Source: Patescibacteria group bacterium UBA3466
GTDB taxonomy: Bacteria > Patescibacteriota > Minisyncoccia > Phycocordibacterales > UBA918
DNA: 64,000 nt
Assembly (NCBI GenBank): GCA_002378195.1
Contig: DFRJ01000002.1
Span: 204,816 to 268,815, forward strand
Direction: 5' to 3'
The notes below the pieces were generated by a model. That model saw only the letters and a program-made list of their open reading frames with translations. It was not told the origin of the DNA and made no database searches. Below are positions 9,860 through 18,466 of the stretch, piece after piece (position 1 is the stretch's first letter; each line of letters starts with the position of its first letter). The translations under genes were made by a program, and so were the position numbers.

Positions 9860-11218
9860 TTAGATTTCAGCTGAATCTGACTGGTCTTTTGAAGTGAAGG
9901 TATCGATCCGATTGATGTCTCGCGGGAACAAGGTGGCTTCTTTCACGTTGGCTACGCCGCAGAACTTGGCGGTTAGTCGTTCTAGTCCCATACCCCAGCC
10001 ACCATGTGGTGGTACGCCGTACTTAAAGGCTTGGAAGTAGAAGTCGAACTTACTCAAATCTAATCCTTTAGCGCTAGCCTTTTCTTTAAGAGTAGCTAGG
10101 TCGTGTATACGCTGTCCTCCAGTGGTGATTTCCACTCCGCGGAATAGTAGGTCAAAGCTTTTGGTAAAACCTTCGTCTTCCTCGTCTTCGTAAGTGTAGA
10201 AAGGTCGCTTGCTTACTGGGTAGTGAGTAATGAAGATGAAGTCGCTCCCGAGCTCTTTCTTGGCATATTCACAGAGCCATCGTTCGTCTTCTGGTTCGAG
10301 GTCTGGCTCGTTGGTTTTGTCTTCGCCAGTTTCTTTTTTGATGAGTGCTTGGGCTTCTCTTAGCTTCATGTGTGGGAAAATATCACCCTCTGGGATGGCT
10401 GGCAGCTCCACTCCTAGTGTGTCGAGGTCGTTTTGGTTATGTTCCTTTAGTGAAGCGGTAATGTATTTCATCAAACCTGTCTCCATCCGCATCACGTCGG
10501 TATGGTCTTTGATAAAGCCCATTTCCATGTCCAGTGATGTGTATTCGCTAAGGTGACGACTAGTAGCGCTCTTTTCAGCGCGAAAGGCGGTGGCAAAAGT
10601 AAATACTCTTTCGAATACCCCAACCATAATTTGCTTGTACAACTGCGGACTGGTTGAGAGTGAGGCTTCGACGTCTTTGAAGTAATTTATTTTGAACACC
10701 TCCGCACCACCTTCCGCATCACCGCCAACAATCTTCGGCGCTTGAAATTCAGTAAAACCTTCTTGTCTCATGTATTCGCCGTAGGCCTTAGTGATGGTGG
10801 CTTGCACGCTGAATATAGCCTTTTGTTTCTCTCTTCTTAAAGTTAGGGGTCGGTAGTCTAGAAGTGTGTCGATGTTTAGTTCGGTCTCTAGATCAAATGG
10901 CATAGCTTCTGAAGCATTCAAGATTTGAATGTTGGTAATTTCGAGTTCGATGTTTCCGTTTTTGGCATTTTCATTAACCATTTTTTCTGGTCGTTCGTTG
11001 ACAATACCTGTCACCTTCAAGGCTGACTCTTCGCTTACTTGCTTGGCTACTTCCAATACTTCTGGCTTGCCAAAGACTACACCTTGAATAACGCTAGTGC
11101 GGTCTCTGAAGTCAAAGAAAGCCATTTTGCCCTGCTGACGAACCACATCAACAATCGCGTTAATTGCGACTTCTTTTCCGACGTGCTCTTTTAGGTCTTT
11201 AATTAATGTGCGTTCCAT
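9860..11218 (-). CDS. aspS: Class IIb aspartyl/asparaginyl-tRNA synthetase. AspS is favoured if the upstream T-box specifier is GAC.
   Basis: An N-terminal OB anticodon-binding domain, and class II motifs FRAEKSATSRHLSEYTSLDMEM, GGQRIHD and GLERL. Confidence 0.82.
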   Translation of the reverse strand: MERTLIKDLKEHVGKEVAINAIVDVVRQQGKMAFFDFRDRTSVIQGVVFGKPEVLEVAKQVSEESALKVTGIVNERPEKMVNENAKNGNIELEITNIQILNASEAMPFDLETELNIDTLLDYRPLTLRREKQKAIFSVQATITKAYGEYMRQEGFTEFQAPKIVGGDAEGGAEVFKINYFKDVEASLSTSPQLYKQIMVGVFERVFTFATAFRAEKSATSRHLSEYTSLDMEMGFIKDHTDVMRMETGLMKYITASLKEHNQNDLDTLGVELPAIPEGDIFPHMKLREAQALIKKETGEDKTNEPDLEPEDERWLCEYAKKELGSDFIFITHYPVSKRPFYTYEDEEDEGFTKSFDLLFRGVEITTGGQRIHDLATLKEKASAKGLDLSKFDFYFQAFKYGVPPHGGWGMGLERLTAKFCGVANVKEATLFPRDINRIDTFTSKDQSDSAEI

Positions 11219-11391
11219 AATCTTGTTTCTTACTATAGGAACGTAAAATCGCCCCTATAAAACTAATTAAATTAATAATTGATTTATAGGGGCGAACAGT
11301 CTTTCGACGAGTCGCGGTGCCACCCTACTTCGGCCGGAGCCCTTAATTGGTAAAAATGTGCACCTCCACAGTGTCATCTGCTTCTTAGGTA
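11219..11391 (-). promoter_or_regulatory. T-box riboswitch-like leader RNA (5'UTR of aspS).
   Basis: On the minus strand there is AGUAGGGUGGCACCGCG (11313-11329), which matches the T-box core AGGGUGGNACCGCG. It is followed by a terminator hairpin CGCCCCUAUAAA-21 nt-UUUAUAGGGGCG + AUUUU (11245-11294), whose 5' arm (CCCU) can alternatively pair with the T-box AGGG to form the antiterminator. A candidate specifier is GAUGACA (GAC, rc of 11372-11378). Confidence 0.6.
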
Positions 11392-11397
11392 CTTAAA

Positions 11398-11426
11398 ATA
11401 GTAGCTAATGTTATAGGTATAGTCAA
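11398..11426 (-). promoter_or_regulatory. Sigma70-type promoter for the T-box leader/aspS.
   Basis: Minus strand TTGACT-17 nt-TACTAT (-35 = rc of 11421-11426, -10 = rc of 11398-11403). Confidence 0.5.
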
Positions 11427-11427
11427 A

Positions 11428-11452
11428 TAAAAAGCGACCCGGTTAGGGTCGC
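11428..11452 (-). terminator. Intrinsic terminator after the 111-aa ORF.
   Basis: GCGACCC-taacc-GGGTCGC followed by TTTTTA on the minus strand. Confidence 0.6.
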
Positions 11453-11467
11453 GCGATGCATTACAGT

Positions 11468-11803
11468 TTAGTGTAGAATGCATACTTTGATGTGCGGGTA
11501 CATATCATCCGGCACTTGTATCTCATCGGGGTCATAAGCCGCCGATCGTCCGTCAGATACGGCGGTCAATTCGACTCTTGCCAACACTTCAGCTGGCAGT
11601 CGGCGCTGCATGATATCGATGAAGCTGTTGATGTGACAGTCTTCAGTGCAGCACTGAGCCGAGTCTTCCTTTGGTTGAAACCGAAAGGTTTCAAGCTTCG
11701 GGCCCTCTCGCCCAGGCTGTACAATTTCGTAGTGAGTGTCACCGCCGATTTTGTAAATCAAGGCTTTCAACTCCGCTACAAATGGAACGATTTCTCTTTG
11801 CAC
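11468..11803 (-). CDS. Hypothetical protein (111 aa).
   Basis: Protein-like composition, CCTEDCH cysteines, and its own downstream terminator. The overlapping plus-strand ORF 11492..11833 has an R/S/L-rich antisense-like composition. Confidence 0.45.
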   Translation of the reverse strand: MQREIVPFVAELKALIYKIGGDTHYEIVQPGREGPKLETFRFQPKEDSAQCCTEDCHINSFIDIMQRRLPAEVLARVELTAVSDGRSAAYDPDEIQVPDDMYPHIKVCILH

Positions 11804-11864
11804 TTTACTTCACTCCTTGGTCAAACCAGATAATTATCTAATCAGATAACCAGCATAAGTCAAT

Positions 11865-11894
11865 AAAAAAGCGGCCTGGTAGGGCCGCCGTTTT
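11865..11894. terminator. Bidirectional intrinsic terminator.
   Basis: AAAAAA-GCGGCC-tggtag-GGCCGC-CGTTTT. The minus strand has a 6-nt T run. Confidence 0.65.
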
Positions 11895-11909
11895 GCTGCT
11901 GTATTACTG

Positions 11910-12239
11910 TTACAGCACTTTAATTCGCAAGGACCGCTCGTGTTGCCTAACACTCACTCCCCCCGCCAGACCCTGACGCTCGATCAGGTCCTTCACCGAC
12001 TCGGATATATGTTTAAGGTCATGGTTTGACATGGCACTACCATCTCGATCCATCGGTAGTACGGTAAAGTGACGGTCTGTATCGCTGTGTACGATGTCCG
12101 CTGTCTTACCTTCTACTCGACAAATGTCCTTGATAGTTTGCTTCAGGTTTTGTGCCAGATTGACCGGCTTAGTTGATTCAGGGGTGGTCAGCAATCTTGG
12201 CGACCGGCGCCTTTCCTTCATGAGGTGTACAACTCCCAT
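11910..12239 (-). CDS. Hypothetical protein (about 109 aa).
   Basis: The start was chosen at the Met preceded by GGAGA. The track's longer N-terminus (to 12299) would abut trpS. No recognisable motifs were found. Confidence 0.4.
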   Translation of the reverse strand: MGVVHLMKERRRSPRLLTTPESTKPVNLAQNLKQTIKDICRVEGKTADIVHSDTDRHFTVLPMDRDGSAMSNHDLKHISESVKDLIERQGLAGGVSVRQHERSLRIKVL

Positions 12240-12301
12240 ACATTTCTCCAATGTTATTTTGGGACACTCGAATAATACTGAATATATGAAAAGTGTCAAT
12301 C

Positions 12302-13246
12302 CTAGCGTATGCCGATCGCTTTCCTCACCTTGTCTATCGTTTCAGAAGATTTTTCTTGAGCTTTTTTCTTGCCGGCGGCCAGTACGCTCTCTACTATCTC
12401 ATCTGAAATTGATTCTCGCTTTTCACGCATCGGAGCAATCAGGGTTTCGAGGTCTTCTACTAGAATGTTCTTTAAGTCACCGTATCGGCCTTTGTGCTCA
12501 TTGTAAATGGGCGCTAATTCCTCTTCTGTTCTCAATAGTTTGTGGATTGCGTAAACATTTTCTGGTATGTCACCTTCAGAATCAGTCACTATGCTCATCA
12601 CTGCTTTTTTAATCTCCTCTCTGGTACCAAACAAAGGAATGGTGTTGCCGTAGCTCTTACTCATTTTCTGACCATCGGTACCTGGAACCACCCCGACACC
12701 AGACAAAATCATTTCTTCAGGCTCCCTAAGAAGGTCATTATAAGCACGGTTAAATTTTCCGACTGCCTCGCGGGTATATTCGATGTGCTGACGTTGGTCT
12801 TCTCCGACCGGTACTACGTCGATATCGTAAAGAGCGATATCTGCCGCTTGCAGCATTGGGTATGTGAAGAGTCCGGCATTTGGTTCCAATCCTTTAGCAA
12901 CTTTATCTTTGTATGAATGAGCCTGCATCAAAAATGGCACGGTGACCAAGCAGTTAAATACCCAAGCCAGCTCCATATGGTCCTGGTTGTCTGATTGTCG
13001 GAAGATCACCACCTGTTCCGGGTCAACACCAACAGCCAAATAGTCCCTGACTACGTTATAGACATTTTTACGTAGTTCTTCCGGGTCGCGTAGGCTGGTG
13101 AGCGAGTGGTAGTCAGCCACCATCAAGTAACTATCGTAATCTTGATAGATATCAAGAAATGGCTTAAGGGCTCCGAAGTAATTTCCGATATGTAGAGTTC
13201 CAGATGATTGTAGGCCGGTAAGGAGGCGTTTTTTGGTGTTAGTCAT
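12302..13246 (-). CDS. trpS: Tryptophanyl-tRNA synthetase.
   Basis: TGLQSSGTLHIGNYFGA (HIGH motif) and KMSKS. Confidence 0.9.
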   Translation of the reverse strand: MTNTKKRLLTGLQSSGTLHIGNYFGALKPFLDIYQDYDSYLMVADYHSLTSLRDPEELRKNVYNVVRDYLAVGVDPEQVVIFRQSDNQDHMELAWVFNCLVTVPFLMQAHSYKDKVAKGLEPNAGLFTYPMLQAADIALYDIDVVPVGEDQRQHIEYTREAVGKFNRAYNDLLREPEEMILSGVGVVPGTDGQKMSKSYGNTIPLFGTREEIKKAVMSIVTDSEGDIPENVYAIHKLLRTEEELAPIYNEHKGRYGDLKNILVEDLETLIAPMREKRESISDEIVESVLAAGKKKAQEKSSETIDKVRKAIGIR

Positions 13247-13285
13247 GAGTTCTATACTAACAAATATAATTAACTCAACAATGGA

Positions 13286-14977
13286 CTACATGGCCAGCGG
13301 TAGTTCTAGTGTGAAGCGTGAGCCTTTCCCTTCTCCTTCCGAGTGTGCAGTTATTTCACCACCCATTCCGATAGCCATTTTCTGGGCTACAAATAAGCCG
13401 AGACCAGTACCGTGAATGTTGACGCTATTGGCATTGTGAGCTCGTTCAAACTTACCAAATACAGTGTCTAAGGACTGTTGGTTCATACCGATACCTGTGT
13501 CTTCAATATCTACAAAGATGCGCTTCTTAACTACGTCATCACGAACCAAGACTTTAATACTGCCAGTTGGAGTGTACTTGATCGAGTTATTAATAAGGTT
13601 TTGGATAATTTGAATCACCTTTCCAATGTCCGCACAGACTACACCAGTGCTCTTTAGGTCGGAGCGGAACATCATGCTGAGCCCCTTCTTGAGAGCCTGT
13701 GGTCGGAGGTCATCAGAAATCTTCTCTGCTTCGTCCTTGAGGTTGAAGTCAGCGTTGTTGTATTTCATGTTGCCTGACTCGATGCGGGATACGTTGAGAT
13801 AGTCTTCAATTGAGTACGCCATATTCTTTGACGATTCAGATATACGCTCAATCGCCTCCTCTGCTTTTGGCGGCATTTTTCCGTAGCTTCCGTCAGCTAG
13901 CAGTGACGCATAACCTCTGATAGCGGTTAGCGGGCTGCGCAGTTGGTGGGACGCTATCGACACAAACTCCGACTTGAGCTTGTCCAACTCCTTAAGCCGC
14001 TCGTTTGCGTTAGCTAACTGTGCAGTTAATTTTTCAAGCTCCGATCTTTGTTCTATCTCTTTTCTTACTGATCGAATTAAAAATATTCCAGCTAGAGCTG
14101 TTAGCACCAGAGTGATGGAGGTGAGCACAAGAGTTGTTAATTCCCCGTTTGTGTAGGTGAACTGAGCTGCAATTAAGAGGACCAATGTTAGGACCAGGGC
14201 TTCAGCAGCGTGGGCGCCGACATTAAAGGTCTTAAATCTAACTATTAGTACACCCATCATGACCATAAAGATTGTCATCCCGAAGAATCCATATAGCTCC
14301 AACCTTGAATCTTCTACAAAATGAATTGTTGCAAGGAAGTCTGCTAGATAGAAAATTGTGAAAAATAGCACTAAGAAAGCTTGCACACCTATGCCCATGT
14401 ACACTATTTGCTTTTTAAATACTGAATCTGCGCGAGTTTTATAGTACTTAGATAAAAGCATCCAGGTGTTCCATATAATGGCAACGAGTCCTAAAAGACT
14501 ATAGTATGCGTTGTATAAGGCACCCTCAAAGTCAAAGGCGTTGCACCAGTCTATGTCAAAGCCGCTTAGATTCAGATTTGTAGGCGCCAGCAAGAAGGTT
14601 GGCAAGAGTAGTAGTGTAAATATTACCTTCATTCTGCCCGGGATGTCTTTTTTGTGTATGAATACGTATATGAAATATATACACAAGATAGAGACTAATG
14701 CCTGTAATGGTCCGAATAATGACCATACAAAAATCATGATGTCACTACGGTTGTTTGTCCAAGTAATTAAATTAAATACGGCAATTAGTGAGAAGCTTAA
14801 TGCTATAAAAAATAGAATTCTGTTTAATAGATTACTTGGATTATTTGAAAAAACAAAAATTCCCACTAGCAGAGATAAGGCGATGGCTGGCAAGTGGGCA
14901 TAATATAAGAGATCTGGTATCCAGTCTGCTTGGATAAAAAAGAAAAAACTTGGAGTTTCGGATCCGTAACAAATCAT
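13286..14977 (-). CDS. Sensor histidine kinase with about 7 N-terminal TM helices, a HisKA H-box and a HATPase_c domain. No response regulator is nearby.
   Basis: SHQLRSPLTAIRGYASLL (H-box) and GTGLGLFVAQKMAIGMGGEI (G2 box). Confidence 0.85.
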   Translation of the reverse strand: MICYGSETPSFFFFIQADWIPDLLYYAHLPAIALSLLVGIFVFSNNPSNLLNRILFFIALSFSLIAVFNLITWTNNRSDIMIFVWSLFGPLQALVSILCIYFIYVFIHKKDIPGRMKVIFTLLLLPTFLLAPTNLNLSGFDIDWCNAFDFEGALYNAYYSLLGLVAIIWNTWMLLSKYYKTRADSVFKKQIVYMGIGVQAFLVLFFTIFYLADFLATIHFVEDSRLELYGFFGMTIFMVMMGVLIVRFKTFNVGAHAAEALVLTLVLLIAAQFTYTNGELTTLVLTSITLVLTALAGIFLIRSVRKEIEQRSELEKLTAQLANANERLKELDKLKSEFVSIASHQLRSPLTAIRGYASLLADGSYGKMPPKAEEAIERISESSKNMAYSIEDYLNVSRIESGNMKYNNADFNLKDEAEKISDDLRPQALKKGLSMMFRSDLKSTGVVCADIGKVIQIIQNLINNSIKYTPTGSIKVLVRDDVVKKRIFVDIEDTGIGMNQQSLDTVFGKFERAHNANSVNIHGTGLGLFVAQKMAIGMGGEITAHSEGEGKGSRFTLELPLAM

Positions 14978-15357
14978 GATGTTATATCGTTAGTACATTC
15001 ATCTTCTGATGATGTTGCATCGCAGTAATCAATGGTGCACGACGGGTCATCAGGTTGGCATTCAAAAGCTGCGTCGCAGCTATAAACATCACGACCACAT
15101 AAATCGTATAGATAATCAGCCTGCCTTGTAATAATTGAGTAGTAGTAAGTAGACTCGCAAGCATCAGCCTCCTCTTCATCGTCGCAGCCAATATAACAAC
15201 TTTGTACCTCGCTATCGCAGTCGCCGGCATAGGATACCTGGTAATCATGTAGTACCATAAATCGATAATAGGATGATCCAACTACTAAGAGTATAAGAAC
15301 TGAATTTATTAGTAAGAGAAAATTGCCTCTAACTAACTTTTTCAATAACGGAGCCAT
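14974..15357 (-). CDS. Small membrane-anchored, Cys-rich (10 Cys) acidic protein, translationally coupled to the histidine kinase.
   Basis: An N-terminal TM helix, then DCDSEVQSCYIGCDDEEEADACE...SCDAAFECQPDDPSCTIDYCDATSSEDEC. Its stop overlaps the HK ATG (ATGA). Confidence 0.55.
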   Translation of the reverse strand: MAPLLKKLVRGNFLLLINSVLILLVVGSSYYRFMVLHDYQVSYAGDCDSEVQSCYIGCDDEEEADACESTYYYSIITRQADYLYDLCGRDVYSCDAAFECQPDDPSCTIDYCDATSSEDECTNDITS

Positions 15358-15411
15358 GATCTTCTAATTATAGCAGCAAGCAGTCGCTTGGATGGTGCTT
15401 ACTATTAACAC

Positions 15412-16332
15412 TTATGAAAGATATAAAAGAATGTATGTTCCAATGCCGGTAATGATGATGGCTAATAGTTTTTGCACCACATTCCTTAGGCTGATGTTTT
15501 CCTTGGTTATTCGCGGAAAGAATATAGTCAAAAAGATTCCTATAGCTAACACAAAGAAAGATTGGAATGATTCCATCAGCAGGATTAAAGCAATGGGTGC
15601 CATCATGGCGGCAAAAGAAACTGCCGCGTTTCCGAACATGTATATTATTTCATTTGAAATGTTTACACCTATAATCGCCTTAGAGTTTAATTTTAATGCG
15701 GTCAAAAAATGACCTCTGTATTCCCTGATGAAAAGTAGCATTAGTATTCCTAGGATGACTAGTACGGCACTGTTCCAAAATAAGGTTTGCAGCACATTTT
15801 CCTCAAGCGCCACCATCTTAAATAAGGTGGCTTCGAGTGCCCAAAAAAAGGATGCTAGAAGCATATAATAAACAGTATCTTTTCTTAATTTTAGGTTGTT
15901 TTCGTTGTCTATCTCAAAGGCAATGATTGTGGTTCCGAGAATAATTATGGCCATTGCAATAAGTTGCATCTGTGTGAGTACTTCGTCTAGTATGAAAAAA
16001 CCAAGAAAAATTCCAAATATTGGAACTAGTTGGTAAAACACTATTGCTATCGAAGCTTCGTCATTTTCTAAAGCCTTTAAGTAACAAAAGAGTATTAATA
16101 AGTCTAGTACTCCTATGAAAATTAAGAATAGAGCATTAAAAAGACTCACATTAAGAATGTTTGGTTCAATCAGATAAATTACTGGGAGAGCGAAGACTGA
16201 GAGCAGTGAAGAAAATAGCAGAAGAGTTCCCACTCCGCCCTCTTTAAAATATTTATCCAGAAGAATTTTATCCGTGTGGTTAGTTATTGCGTACAGAAAC
16301 GGACCAATCATTGCTACTAGAAACCAGGTCAT
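15412..16332 (-). CDS. EamA/DMT-family transporter (10 TM helices).
   Basis: Two EamA-like halves of hydrophobic helices. There is a 2-nt gap to the upstream gene. Confidence 0.72.
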   Translation of the reverse strand: MTWFLVAMIGPFLYAITNHTDKILLDKYFKEGGVGTLLLFSSLLSVFALPVIYLIEPNILNVSLFNALFLIFIGVLDLLILFCYLKALENDEASIAIVFYQLVPIFGIFLGFFILDEVLTQMQLIAMAIIILGTTIIAFEIDNENNLKLRKDTVYYMLLASFFWALEATLFKMVALEENVLQTLFWNSAVLVILGILMLLFIREYRGHFLTALKLNSKAIIGVNISNEIIYMFGNAAVSFAAMMAPIALILLMESFQSFFVLAIGIFLTIFFPRITKENISLRNVVQKLLAIIITGIGTYILLYLS

Positions 16333-16333
16333 A

Positions 16334-17161
16334 CTACTTATTCGTTATTGTTTTAATAAAATCTGACACCTCCCTCGGATAAGCGTTCCAGTTTCGATCA
16401 GACTCCTCTTTAGCTGTGATATGTTCGATTATTAAGGGTCGGACACCAATAATTCTTTCGATATATTTGAAAGCTGGATATACATTTTCTCTAAAAAATT
16501 GGTATTCTTCGGGTGTGAAGCATTCATACTGCATTCCATAAACACACATTATGGCCATTGTGCACTTATATTGCTCTAAAATGTCATCTCTATGATGTCT
16601 GTTCACCCATTCTGTCTCTGGTCCTATTTCGGTATTGCTCGGCTTGAATCTGTTAAATAGTTCTCTATGAAAGGTCACCAATAATTTATTCGATTCGGTC
16701 ATTATTTCTGACAGAGGCTTACCCTGGTTCGATGAAAAATCTATAATTGTTTTATATTCTATAATATCATTACCGTTCTTATCTACGCCAACAATTAGCG
16801 GTAGTTTGCCAAGCGGTAGCTTAAGTTCGTTGTCTGGTACAAATTTGCTTTCAGTATCTTCTCCGACTATCAATTTTAGATCAAACCTTGCGCTTTCGGT
16901 ACTGACTTTCTTGAGTTCAAGATTGGGAGTAGCCAGGAATCTTGAAAGGTAGAAAACTGGTTCCTTCTTACTAAAATGATCGGGCAGGTCTGTTTTTAGA
17001 AAATTGTCAACTTTATGAAAAATTTCTGGATCTTCCCTTCTTCGCTTTATTTCCGCAACTGCTTCTTCTGCGGGTGTATAAAAATCAGCCAATAGAAAAT
17101 TTATTGGCGTTATGCGTCTCAAAAGCCCTGCTATACGTTGTTGTAGCATTTTAGTACTCAT
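16334..17161 (-). CDS. Hypothetical protein (275 aa).
   Basis: A long ORF with no recognisable motifs. It contains Cys and His residues (CTMAIMCVYGMQYEC, IIEH). Confidence 0.5.
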   Translation of the reverse strand: MSTKMLQQRIAGLLRRITPINFLLADFYTPAEEAVAEIKRRREDPEIFHKVDNFLKTDLPDHFSKKEPVFYLSRFLATPNLELKKVSTESARFDLKLIVGEDTESKFVPDNELKLPLGKLPLIVGVDKNGNDIIEYKTIIDFSSNQGKPLSEIMTESNKLLVTFHRELFNRFKPSNTEIGPETEWVNRHHRDDILEQYKCTMAIMCVYGMQYECFTPEEYQFFRENVYPAFKYIERIIGVRPLIIEHITAKEESDRNWNAYPREVSDFIKTITNK

Positions 17162-17232
17162 CTTACTGTCTCACGCTCCCTTTTTATTGTAAATAGGTTA
17201 TTTTTACTAGTTGTGGATGTTACAATTTAATA

Positions 17233-17631
17233 ATGTTAGATATTTTCATACGAACCATTTCGGATAAAGACCAAAGATATGACACTGTAGGAGATTATCA
17301 GACTGACGAATGTGGTAAGCAGGTTATTTCGGTGTCTGATTTGAATAATGATAATTTTGAGTTTCTCATAGCCCTTCATGAATTAATTGAAAGTAAATTG
17401 TGTAAAGAAAGAGGAATTACTGATTCTCAAATTGATAAGTTTGATATAGATTACGAATCTAATAGAGAGGATGGAGACCAAGAATCTGAACCGGGAGATC
17501 AGCCTGACGCGCCTTATCACAAAGAGCACGTGTTTGCTTCTAGGATTGAAAAAATGATGGCAGATGAACTAGGTGTTGATTGGGAAAAATACAGTAAGGC
17601 TTGCTCAGAACTTACAGGTTCTTCTAATTAA
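17233..17631 (+). CDS. Hypothetical acidic protein (132 aa).
   Basis: A plus-strand gene divergent from 16334..17161, with a TACAAT -10 box 10 nt upstream and no SD (leaderless-like). It has an acidic low-complexity C-terminal half. Confidence 0.5.
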   Translation: MLDIFIRTISDKDQRYDTVGDYQTDECGKQVISVSDLNNDNFEFLIALHELIESKLCKERGITDSQIDKFDIDYESNREDGDQESEPGDQPDAPYHKEHVFASRIEKMMADELGVDWEKYSKACSELTGSSN

Positions 17632-18109
17632 GATACAGCAAGACCAGTGGGGCTAATAGCCACCAGAAGAAATATTCAGCGGGGGCAAAGAGTGATTGGA
17701 TCGGGGTGCCGGGGCTTAGGAACTCGGTGACTGGTAGGACGTGAAAACTAAATGTCATCACCAGAACTGTTACACCCAGTGCTAATAGTGACTTCTTGCC
17801 AAAAGATTCAAATTTATTTTCGCTGAATTCATCGGGCATGATTCTGGAAAAAAGCTTCGTGGCGAAAAAGGCTATGAAAATAAAAAATGCCATTTTTGCC
17901 ATTGCTACCTGCCCCGAATCTGCAAGGGTACCGAAGACTTTGTCGTAGTACGGAAATTCGATTGAAATAAGCAGAGCCAGGTAAAGTCCGCAGATAATAT
18001 TGATGACCGCCTGCCTACCCTTAAAAATGGCTATGGCAAGAGTCACGCCAAAGACTAAAAGCAAATATGCGATTTCAATGAGGAAGTCCAAAATAAACGC
18101 CCAGTTCAT
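17624..18109 (-). CDS. CvpA-like (colicin V production family) 4-TM membrane protein, putative.
   Basis: Size (161 aa) and TM topology resemble CvpA. This is a weak sequence-only call. Confidence 0.45.
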   Translation of the reverse strand: MNWAFILDFLIEIAYLLLVFGVTLAIAIFKGRQAVINIICGLYLALLISIEFPYYDKVFGTLADSGQVAMAKMAFFIFIAFFATKLFSRIMPDEFSENKFESFGKKSLLALGVTVLVMTFSFHVLPVTEFLSPGTPIQSLFAPAEYFFWWLLAPLVLLYLN

Positions 18110-18241
18110 AATTACATTATAAATACGTAAATGGACAATATTTTACTTTTCCACTTTTTGTAGGATAACTTAACATGAGTGGAAAGTGTGCTATTTTGTG
18201 TTTTAATTTAGTTTGGGCCACAAAATCATAAGGAGATAGAT

Positions 18242-18415
18242 GTGGGAAATACTGAATTGGTAGTTCTTGTTTATGTAGCAGCATTGCTATTTGTGGTTGG
18301 TCTAGCTATCGCTAAGGTCAAGCAAAATGGTGTGTCACCGGTTGGTGCTTTCAGTTTCATATTTTTACCACTGGGAGTCGCTGGTTATCTCGGCTACGCC
18401 ACTTTTGTTATGTAG
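18242..18415 (+). CDS. Small hydrophobic protein (57 aa), GTG start.
   Basis: AAGGAG (18230-18235), 6 nt spacer, then GTG. It has two hydrophobic segments and a weak hairpin downstream (18444-18464). It is absent from the track because of the non-ATG start and small size. Confidence 0.45.
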   Translation: MGNTELVVLVYVAALLFVVGLAIAKVKQNGVSPVGAFSFIFLPLGVAGYLGYATFVM

Positions 18416-18466
18416 TTCTTGTGCTGTTACCCATAACCCTTCGCGAAAGCTCGTGGAGGGCTTTCT

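Noticed and set aside
11492-11833. A 113-aa plus-strand ORF overlapping the 111-aa minus ORF.
   Set aside because: It has antisense-like composition. The minus ORF has a canonical terminator immediately downstream, although the bidirectional hairpin at 11865-11894 leaves some ambiguity.
12094-12612. A 172-aa plus-strand ORF spanning the trpS / hypothetical gene junction.
   Set aside because: It is antisense to trpS (clear class I motifs on the minus strand) and has an R/S/L/C-rich composition typical of antisense frames.
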